The translations under genes and the position numbers were made by a program. Positions 57,252 to 64,000 of a stretch of 64,000 nucleotides of DNA are shown here, one piece after another. This DNA is from a phage. Under the pieces are notes generated by a model. It was not told where the DNA came from and searched no databases. It saw nothing but the letters and a program-made list of their open reading frames with translations. The DNA is taken from sequence record OZ346158.1. The stretch is one strand, 5' to 3'. Position 1 is the first letter of the stretch; each line of letters starts with the position of its first letter.

Positions 57252-57806
57252 ATGAAATACTTTGTAACAAGCGACACACACTTTCTCCACCAGCGGGTCA
57301 TGGAGTTTGATTCATGTCAAAAACACAGATCTCAGTATGATCACAATCTTGACAGTATGAATGCGGGAATCATCGCCGAATGGAACTCTGTTGTGTCACC
57401 TGCAGACACTGTGTTCCACTTGGGAGATATTGCGTGCACTAATGATAAGAATATCAACAACTTACTTCCAGATATTCTAAATATGTTGAACGGACATATT
57501 ATTCTTGTTCGTGGCAACCATGACACACGGACGACTGTCAGAATTATGAAAGAGTTCGGTCATGAGGTTGTAGATTATTACGAGCTTCGCCACAACAAGA
57601 ATTTGATCTGTATGAGCCATTACCAATTTGCAAAGTGGAACAGAAAGCCTCACGGATCAGTCCAACTGTTCGGTCATGCTCACGGAACCACACAACAGTT
57701 GTTTGGCAGGCAGCTTGATGTCGGTTGGGATGTGTGGGGGAGACTCTTACCATTAGAAGAGGCATACCGTATTGCAATGAGTCTTGCTATTGACAGCGGG
57801 GAGTAA
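57252..57806 (+). CDS. calcineurin-like metallophosphoesterase
   Basis: DTHF, GDI, GNHD, GHAH metal-binding motifs in order. Confidence 0.75.
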   Translation: MKYFVTSDTHFLHQRVMEFDSCQKHRSQYDHNLDSMNAGIIAEWNSVVSPADTVFHLGDIACTNDKNINNLLPDILNMLNGHIILVRGNHDTRTTVRIMKEFGHEVVDYYELRHNKNLICMSHYQFAKWNRKPHGSVQLFGHAHGTTQQLFGRQLDVGWDVWGRLLPLEEAYRIAMSLAIDSGE

Positions 57807-57853
57807 TCCCTGCTATTTTAAAGAAAATTGCCACACAAGGAGAATCAGGAGAT

Positions 57854-58204
57854 ATGAAAGATGGGGATAAGCTGCTATATCTTAAAGTCCCCCTTGAAAT
57901 ACTGTCTATGTCAAAAGTTTTGAATGACACAACTGGGGAGGTTGTTGTTCTTGACTTGTATGACAAGATCGTATACTGCTACCTGCACAACTGGTATAAG
58001 CTTGGAGGAAGTTCACGCTTCACACCCAGCACAAGGAAAATTGCAGCAGATGTTGGGATAAAGAAAACAAAAGCAGCAGCGTGCGTTAAAACTTTAGAAT
58101 GTGCAGGAGTGGTTGAAATATCCACACAAGGGAGAGGTAAAAGATGCACATTTTCCAAAGTTTTGCCACCAGAAGAGGTTATTCGAATGTCAACAACTGG
58201 TTAG
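57854..58204 (+). CDS. winged-helix DNA-binding protein (replication-initiator O N-terminal-domain-like, tentative)
   Basis: HTH segment TPSTRKIAADVGIKKTKAAACVKTLECAGVVEI; immediately upstream of iteron array. Confidence 0.5.
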   Translation: MKDGDKLLYLKVPLEILSMSKVLNDTTGEVVVLDLYDKIVYCYLHNWYKLGGSSRFTPSTRKIAADVGIKKTKAAACVKTLECAGVVEISTQGRGKRCTFSKVLPPEEVIRMSTTG

Positions 58205-58278
58205 ACCAGTAAAAACTTAAATATCTGTACTATAAGGATTCGTATGTTTTATGTTCGCTCTGGAACAGAGGTTAGTAA

Positions 58279-58361
58279 CTGTCCGTGATACGGACACTAC
58301 TGTCCGTCACGCGGACACATCTGCCCGTAATACGGACACTAACTGTCCGTGATACGGACAC
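58279..58361. repeat. Four tandem about 21-bp palindromic iterons (consensus cTGTCCGTgatACGGACAc)
   Basis: Copies at 58279, 58300, 58321, 58343; each has 7-bp inverted arms with a 3-nt spacer; followed by AT-rich tract 58362-58490. Confidence 0.85.
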
Positions 58362-58864
58362 ATAAAGAATATAACTAAAATAACTAAATAATAAAAAATA
58401 AAAGATCTAGTACTTATGGTACTAAGTACATATACTTAACTTATGTAGAATATACTAGATCCTAAGTACCATGTTTTAAATTTATTACTTACTATGGGTA
58501 GTGTCGGCCCTTCATTGGCACTCGCCTACGAGGGGCGAGATGCCGGGCCTCCCTGGTGCACACAATAACAGAAGTGCATACATGCAGGTCTGGTAACATG
58601 TGTGGGAGCGAAGCGATAGCGCAGGCCAAAGGCCGAGCACTGATGTGGACCACCGACGAAAGCTTGCCAGCGCCGTAAGGAGTCGGTTGAGAGTCTCCCG
58701 CGCGAGCTTGGATGAAGTTTATGTGTGGAAACGGACAAGAAGGCCCCTAAATCGCTCCACAGCTATATAAACTATACCAGGTAAGGCAATCGCACCAGTT
58801 TGATAGAAAAGCTCGTTACAAAGCGATACAGTGAGTTTTTCTATAACTTGAAGAGGAGGTAGTT

Positions 58865-59443
58865 ATGAGTCCACGCAAAGATGACCGTGAAAAGATTGCA
58901 AAACGTTATCAGAATGAAGAACAGATGGAGAAAACTTTCAAGTGGAAGCCAGGTTTCCAGCGTAATCATTCTAACGCTCGTGATCGTAAGCATCCGGATA
59001 AGTGGTTAACACCGCCAAATGATGGCATTCAGGTTGGTGATGAGAAGGAGCTGTCACCTGGAAAAGATGGCAACTACATTCGAACTAAGGAAGCAGGTCC
59101 AAAGGATGACAGCTATCTTGTAGATAAGGTTCTTGACGGTGTTGATGTAGGTGTTGACACTGTACGAAACCTTTTTCTTGGTTGGTATCGCACAGGGTTT
59201 TTCGACATCAAGGCTATTCGTCGTGTTTGTGATATTAAAAAGTCTGCCTACGATGATGATTCCCTACATCGCACTCTGAGACAATACTCAGAGAGATACG
59301 GTCATCCAGTTATCACTCTTGACGATATTAACGAAGTTATGTATCATGTAGAGGTTGTTGCAGGTAGGTTCGGTGATGCATATCTCGGTATTCTCTCTGC
59401 AAAGGATGAGGTAATGTTAAATAAGATTTACTATGAACGCTGA
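58865..59443 (+). CDS. hypothetical protein
   Basis: Strong SD gaagaggaggtag. Confidence 0.55.
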   Translation: MSPRKDDREKIAKRYQNEEQMEKTFKWKPGFQRNHSNARDRKHPDKWLTPPNDGIQVGDEKELSPGKDGNYIRTKEAGPKDDSYLVDKVLDGVDVGVDTVRNLFLGWYRTGFFDIKAIRRVCDIKKSAYDDDSLHRTLRQYSERYGHPVITLDDINEVMYHVEVVAGRFGDAYLGILSAKDEVMLNKIYYER

Positions 59444-59453
59444 GGGGCGATTA

Positions 59454-59642
59454 ATGAACAATCCGGTAGCAAAGAACTGTAATAAATTCAACAAGTCTGC
59501 GATTCACACTGACAGGAAAAAGAGTTGGTTTCCTGACATTGACGAGGAGCTTGAGAGTTACTTTGAAGATTTAGTCACCAATGCAGAGGAGGTTGCGATT
59601 AAAGAATACGCAGACAGGAGGGATAAGGCCGGAATCTGTTGA
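59454..59642 (+). CDS. hypothetical small protein
   Basis: ORF. Confidence 0.45.
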   Translation: MNNPVAKNCNKFNKSAIHTDRKKSWFPDIDEELESYFEDLVTNAEEVAIKEYADRRDKAGIC

Positions 59643-59718
59643 CAAAAATAATGTTACCTGATAAGATCTGCAATATGATGTGATACAATTTTAACTTACG
59701 AGGTCTACAGGTAATGCT

Positions 59719-59961
59719 ATGTTTAAGGTTAAGCTCGTTTTTCGTTCCATGAATGAGGATTATTTAGAAGATGAAGGTGAATTTCGTGCACTGGATGATG
59801 CAATAGATTTTGCCAACGACTTAGCTTGTATGAATACGGGTTATGGGCTATGCTGTTGGGATGGTGGTGTTCAGATCGGTGATAGCAAGATCTTCTACTT
59901 CTACCCTGAGCCCGATAACAAACAAATTAAGTATGTTTTATTTATTTGTGCTTTACAATGA
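59719..59961 (+). CDS. hypothetical protein
   Basis: ORF with SD ttacgaggtctac. Confidence 0.5.
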   Translation: MFKVKLVFRSMNEDYLEDEGEFRALDDAIDFANDLACMNTGYGLCCWDGGVQIGDSKIFYFYPEPDNKQIKYVLFICALQ

Positions 59962-60250
59962 GGTTGTTTTCGTGTATCATGATGAATATCCAATTTAAAG
60001 ATGAATTTGATGGCTTTATCTCCGGATGCTTTGAAACAGGGTTCGGAGAAGACTGAGTTCCCCTTAGAGGGCTTGATAGTGCACCACACTTAAAATGGTA
60101 GGGGCAGCCAGCACATGACGATGTGACTCCAGCCAACCTGTAACAAGGTCGAGCCGAAGCGCGGGTAATAGGCCTCTGGTAACCCACTTGTTGGGTCTTG
60201 CTGGTCCAGGACGCTGGACAAGTCGCAGGGAACACCACCCTGCGGCGAAC

Positions 60251-60279
60251 TTGACAATCAGTATTTGCTATGATAAAAT
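60251..60279 (+). promoter_or_regulatory. sigma70-like promoter TTGACA-N17-TAAAAT
   Basis: Read directly. Confidence 0.55.
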
Positions 60280-60307
60280 CCACCTATCACGTGATAATGG
60301 AGGAAAC

Positions 60308-60646
60308 ATGGCGGATACAACTAAAAAGCGTCGCCGTAGAGGCAGACCTCTGAAAGAGGAGTCCAACGCCATTCAGCTAGAGAAGAACATCCTTGATATG
60401 AAGGAATCTTTTATAGCGATGGTTCCAGAAGCTCACAAAGTTTTAAGAGAGCTGATGTTGGACCCGAAAACCAAACAAAATATTCGTCAAAGCATTGCAG
60501 AGTATGTTCTTGATAAGGCAGACCGAATGCAGGAAGAATATGATGAGATGTTTGGTGAAGAGGAAGAGGTGGTAGTAGAAGAGGCTGAAAAACCAGCACC
60601 TTTTATGCCATTCACCACAGAAATACAGCCTGTTGGCAATAGTTAA
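60308..60646 (+). CDS. basic-N-terminus/acidic-C-terminus DNA-binding-like protein
   Basis: KKRRRRGRPLKE followed by acidic tail; SD aatggaggaaac. Confidence 0.5.
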   Translation: MADTTKKRRRRGRPLKEESNAIQLEKNILDMKESFIAMVPEAHKVLRELMLDPKTKQNIRQSIAEYVLDKADRMQEEYDEMFGEEEEVVVEEAEKPAPFMPFTTEIQPVGNS

Positions 60647-60742
60647 AATATTTTCTTGACAAACTTTGCTTAACAGTGTAATATTGTAAACATGGTCTCC
60701 CACCTTTTCTGGCGGCTAAGGTGTAAAAGAAAGCCACCCAGT

Positions 60743-60817
60743 GCCCTGTTAGCTTAGTGGATAAAGCAGCGGCCTTCTAAGCCGTTGACACTGGTTCGAG
60801 TCCAGTACGGGGTGCCA
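60743..60817 (+). tRNA. tRNA-Arg (anticodon UCU)
   Basis: Hand-folded cloverleaf: acceptor gccctgt/acggggt, anticodon loop cuUCUaa, T-loop ttcgagt, encoded CCA. Confidence 0.85.
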
Positions 60818-60821
60818 AATT

Positions 60822-60908
60822 GGGGAGTTATCCCGTAGAGGTAGCGGTGTAGACTGTAAATCTATTGTCATTGCGACTCGGGTGGTTCGACTCCACCACT
60901 CCCCACCA
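60822..60908 (+). tRNA. tRNA-Tyr (anticodon GUA), long variable arm
   Basis: Acceptor ggggagt/actcccc, anticodon loop ctGTAaa, T-loop ttcgact, CCA. Confidence 0.85.
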
Positions 60909-61022
60909 AATTTATATTTTTAGATGCATAAATAATACAGATAATGGCATTGATATTTATCGTCGTTTATACTAGTCACTAACTGCTCGAAAATCAGTGT
61001 CATTATCAGTATAATTTATAAA

Positions 61023-61113
61023 GGAGGGTAGGGAGCAATGGTGCTCAAGCGGTCTTGAAAACCGTCCCGTTGAGGATGACTCGATGATGGTTCGATTCCA
61101 TTACTCTCCGCCA
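61023..61113 (+). tRNA. tRNA-Ser (anticodon UGA), long variable arm
   Basis: Acceptor ggagggt/actctcc, anticodon loop ctTGAaa, T-loop ttcgatt, CCA. Confidence 0.8.
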
Positions 61114-61211
61114 CATTGTTGACCTTGTAATTAAGCGAAAGCCGGAAGCAGAACCGGATTATCAAATGTTACAGTCGTCATCGCCGACTAGCAACATGGT
61201 CAACATACTGA

Positions 61212-61308
61212 GCTAGGTAAGCCCTTTGGCAAGGGCGAGGATTTTTAATCCTGAAAATAGACGAGGTAGTCGTTGAATACATAGGTGGTTCGATTCCATC
61301 ACCTAGCA
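61212..61308 (+). tRNA. atypical tRNA-like gene (possible tRNA-Lys UUU with about 30-nt variable region)
   Basis: Perfect 7-bp acceptor gctaggt/acctagc, D-arm gccc..gggc, T-loop ttcgatt; anticodon arm imperfect; 97 nt. Confidence 0.4.
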
Positions 61309-61315
61309 CCTTTTT

Positions 61316-61388
61316 GCTGATGTAGCACAATCGGTAGTGCAATTGATTTGTAATCAATAGGTTGTAGGTTCAAGTCCTGCCATCAGCA
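61316..61388 (+). tRNA. tRNA-Thr (anticodon UGU)
   Basis: Acceptor gctgatg/catcagc, anticodon stem attga/tcaat, loop ttTGTaa, T-loop ttcaagt. Confidence 0.85.
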
Positions 61389-61392
61389 CCAA

Positions 61393-61467
61393 GGCCCTGT
61401 AGCTGGAAGGTTCAAGCAAGCGACTCATAATCGCCAGACGGTGGTTCAATTCCACCCAGGGCCACCA
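61393..61467 (+). tRNA. tRNA-Met/Ile2 (anticodon CAU)
   Basis: Acceptor ggccctg/cagggcc, anticodon loop ctCATaa, T-loop ttcaatt, CCA. Confidence 0.85.
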
Positions 61468-61478
61468 AATAGTAAATA

Positions 61479-61555
61479 CTCCGCGTAGCTCAGCTTGGTA
61501 GAGCGCCTGATTTGGGATCAGGAGGTCGAGTGTTCGAATCACTCCGTGGAGACCA
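61479..61555 (+). tRNA. tRNA-Pro (anticodon UGG)
   Basis: D-arm tagctcagcttggtagagc, anticodon loop ttTGGga, T-loop ttcgaat, CCA. Confidence 0.85.
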
Positions 61556-61601
61556 CTTTCAGTTATACTTTAAACATATATAAACAAAAGGAACCTTTAA
61601 A

Positions 61602-61871
61602 ATGTATACACTTAAAATTGTAGAGCGTGTAAATCCAACTCATACCGTAGATTTTCGTGACGATTTCAATCCTCTGGCTGTAAATCTTCGAGAGTCATAT
61701 CATGAACTCAGCTGCGATGCAGTGGTGGTCTTTTTTGAAGACAACTCTGAAGGGGCGGTAGCTTGTGTTGTTGATAGTGAGCAGAAGTTTTATATTTACA
61801 GAGATGTAGATGCATACTTGATGAATGAAAACGCAGTTACTGTTAGAATCATCCACCGAGTGCCTCGATAA
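61602..61871 (+). CDS. hypothetical protein
   Basis: SD aaaggaacc. Confidence 0.5.
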   Translation: MYTLKIVERVNPTHTVDFRDDFNPLAVNLRESYHELSCDAVVVFFEDNSEGAVACVVDSEQKFYIYRDVDAYLMNENAVTVRIIHRVPR

Positions 61872-61976
61872 GTATTAGTCTCCTTTTAGTTAGTTTCGAT
61901 CTATTTAGGTTACTCAATTTTAACCCGCCCCGTTAGCTGTATAGCTGCGGGGTTTTTTCGTTTCTGGAGCCTTAAA

Positions 61977-62375
61977 ATGATTTCAGGTTTAACATGGCTG
62001 AGTAGGTATAGAGGGATTATAAAAGGTTTAGTTTTTGCAGCGGCTATAGGTACAGCTTATCTTGGGGCCGTGTATTGGTTTAACTCTAAGCTTAATGAAG
62101 CCTACCAAGAAGGTGTGTTAGCAACAGAGTTGAAGTGGGAACGGATCCTTGATCAGCAACAAAAGCAGGCCGACAAAATTAAAATGGGCCACGCAGAGGA
62201 GGTTAAAAACCTTGAAAAATCCCTTTCTGATCTACAGGATAAATTAAATATAGCTGAGAGGGCAGGTAGAGAAAAGCAGATTATCTACCTCCAGTCACCT
62301 GAAGGCAAGAAGTCAACACTTCCTGATCAGCTTATAGATATTTATAATGAGAGTATCAATCAGGAGGATCAATGA
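61977..62375 (+). CDS. i-spanin (Rz-like)
   Basis: N-terminal TM LVFAAAIGTAYLGAVYWF then coiled-coil periplasmic domain; next gene is a lipoprotein. Confidence 0.6.
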   Translation: MISGLTWLSRYRGIIKGLVFAAAIGTAYLGAVYWFNSKLNEAYQEGVLATELKWERILDQQQKQADKIKMGHAEEVKNLEKSLSDLQDKLNIAERAGREKQIIYLQSPEGKKSTLPDQLIDIYNESINQEDQ

Positions 62376-62659
62376 GAGTTGCTACACTGTTTATTGTGTG
62401 CTTGTTATTATGTGGGTGTGCAACCAGCGTTGAGAGAGAATACAAGATTGACCCTCCTGATGTAGGAAGGTTGATTGTTAAACCCCCGGAAGGTGCCATG
62501 AAACCACCTGCTAAAGCTATGCCTTTGAAGAAAGGTGCGCCAGATGCAGTGAATTCTGGCATTATGAGGGATAATAATCTGTCTTGTAGCAATGATAGAG
62601 CTAAATTGATCATTTTGCAAGACTATATTAGAACACTTTTTCCAAAGGAGAGAGGTTAA
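62372..62659 (+). CDS. o-spanin (Rz1-like outer-membrane lipoprotein)
   Basis: Lipobox LLLCGCA, Pro-rich mature region; start overlaps i-spanin stop. Confidence 0.65.
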   Translation: MRVATLFIVCLLLCGCATSVEREYKIDPPDVGRLIVKPPEGAMKPPAKAMPLKKGAPDAVNSGIMRDNNLSCSNDRAKLIILQDYIRTLFPKERG

Positions 62660-63084
62660 TGTCTAAGATTTACGGACCGTGTTCTGAAAAGCAGAAGATG
62701 ATCCTAGAAAACGATGCAGATATTTTGGTAATCGGCGGTGCCGCAGGGTCTGGCAAGTCGTTCCTCTTGCAATTGATGCCACTTAAAATTATTGATGACC
62801 CCCACAGCTCTGTGGTTATGTTCCGAAGAACAACCCCACAGTTGGAAGGTGAGGGTGGATTATGGCCTAAAGCAGTAGCTATTTATAGTGATCTGCCTGA
62901 AAACATTAAGCCAAAGTTTAGAGAGAAGGATCATAAGTTCATTTTTCCACGGTTTGATCCGAACACTGGCAAGTGGGATAGAAGCAAAAAGGGAGCTGTT
63001 GTAAAATACTGCCACATGGAGTATGTACAAGATAAGCTTAACCATCAGGGGCTTGAGTACACCATGGTTTGCTTCGATGAGGGT
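62659..63084 (+). CDS. terminase large subunit, exon 1 (ATPase N-terminus)
   Basis: Walker A GGAAGSGKS, Walker B MVCFDE then G-stop at intron border. Confidence 0.8.
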
Positions 63085-64000
63085 TAATTTGTAGCTCTCG
63101 TAAAACCTCCCTAATTGCGGGGAAATCTTTATTATTGACACCACCAACCTGTCATGGTAACATGACAGAGGCTTCGAAGAGAGATCGAAGGTATGGTAAC
63201 AGTGTGTTAATTTAGATAATCCGCAGCGAAGCATCCGAGAGGATGAACGTTCAACGACTAGTCGAAAGACGTAGAATCAAGCGATTCGAAACGGGAGGGT
63301 GAATGTGTAATACTAAGAAATGTATGGATTGCCAAAGAGTTCTACCTATTGATGATTTCTTTTTATCATCTAAGAGCAAGGATGGATACTCAGGTACATG
63401 CAAGGAATGCTATATGTACTACAGGAAGGGTGGATCTCGTAAAAACAAAAATATGGTTAAGAGAGATGATGCAGCATTGTTTATTCAAGACTTGCTGAAG
63501 AAAGGTGAACTTTTTGAATGCAAATCTTGTCATGAAAGTATGCTCGCTGATAGTTTTTACACAAAACGTGACTATGGTAAAGTATATCTGGTTACGAACA
63601 GGTGTAAGATGTGTGAAAAGTTTTATCAGATTGAGAAGAAATTTCACATAACAAAAGATGAATACTATCGTCTACTCTCAGATCAAGATCATAAGTGTGC
63701 CATTTGTAGAATATCCCTTGATGAGTATAGGACGCAAGGGTATAGAGATTTCTTTTGTGTTGATCATGACCATAAAACTGGTGCTGTAAGAGGGTTGCTT
63801 TGTGATAAATGCAACAGAGCTTTAGGTTTCTTCCAAGAGGATGAGGAAACTATTCTTAGAGCGGCAGAGTATTTACACATTCATAAGATATAGTCTGGTC
63901 TGCATGGAGACATGCAGCTGCCTGAAAATGGCGGGGCAAGACTAGCGACCTTGCCCGAACATAAACGACACAATTCGAATGGGAGCAGATAGACTACCTG
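63085..64000 (+). mobile_element. Group I intron in terminase large subunit gene (3' end beyond window)
   Basis: P-like aattgcgggga (63106), Q-like aatccgcagc (63220), R-like gttcaacgactagtcg (63250); contains endonuclease ORF; shares the 15-mer taatccgcagcgaag with the polymerase intron. Confidence 0.7.
63303..63893 (+). CDS. intron-encoded endonuclease (Endo VII / HNH-like)
   Basis: Zinc fingers CMDCQ..C and CVDHDHKTGAVRGLLCDKCN core. Confidence 0.8.
   Translation: MCNTKKCMDCQRVLPIDDFFLSSKSKDGYSGTCKECYMYYRKGGSRKNKNMVKRDDAALFIQDLLKKGELFECKSCHESMLADSFYTKRDYGKVYLVTNRCKMCEKFYQIEKKFHITKDEYYRLLSDQDHKCAICRISLDEYRTQGYRDFFCVDHDHKTGAVRGLLCDKCNRALGFFQEDEETILRAAEYLHIHKI

Noticed and set aside
58279-58361. 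Possible CRISPR array from the tandem palindromic repeats
   Set aside because: The repeats abut each other with no unique spacers and there are only four at 21-bp phasing; this is an iteron/operator array, not a CRISPR.
58526-58738. 70-codon - strand ORF inside the GC-rich block
   Set aside because: Translation is Arg/Ser/Pro/His-rich as expected from random GC-rich DNA; no SD; treated as non-coding.
58497-58760. tmRNA candidate in the GC-rich block
   Set aside because: No tRNA-like acceptor/T-arm (no GGTTCGA...CCA end) and no plausible tag reading frame ending in a stop with ALAA-like peptide.
60188-60307. N-terminal extension of the 60308-60646 gene (ORF track start at 60188)
   Set aside because: The extension overlaps the promoter and GC-rich non-coding block; a good SD precedes the internal ATG at 60308.

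Overview
This window reads as a gene-dense segment of a large virulent tailed phage of a Gram-negative host (lambda-R-type transglycosylase endolysin, i-/o-spanin pair, sigma70-type TTGACA-N16-17-TATAAT promoters). All calls are from reading the sequence and motif recall; nothing was searched or folded. Layout: (1) the 3' part of a family-A DNA polymerase gene split at motif C by a group I intron carrying an HNH endonuclease; (2) a + strand operon of small genes (2.6-11.2 kb) including an SSB-like protein, a free-standing HNH endonuclease and a macro-domain protein; (3) a 1 kb repeat-rich non-coding region; (4) a roughly 9 kb island of about 25 small + strand genes, most with their own promoter, bracketed by an inverted repeat; (5) a convergent 0.8 kb non-coding gap; (6) a long - strand block with an HPF/RaiA homolog, a small-protein paralog family, two orphan DNA methyltransferases, ClpP-like protease, PhoH, nrdG, intron-split nrdD, glutaredoxin, nrdB, nrdA, ThyX, nucleotidase, dNMP kinase, exonucleases, resolvases, endolysin, DNA ligase, MazG-like protein, Sir2 and an RNA ligase; (7) a + strand block with a polynucleotide-kinase-like P-loop protein, a metallophosphoesterase, an HTH protein followed by four tandem palindromic iterons and an AT-rich tract (origin-like), GC-rich non-coding blocks, six canonical tRNAs plus one atypical tRNA-like gene, spanins, and the terminase large subunit interrupted after Walker B by a second group I intron with an endonuclease. 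The best candidates for something new are the inverted-repeat-bounded early island, the split RNA-repair module next to Sir2/MazG, and the iteron/HTH origin-like locus.
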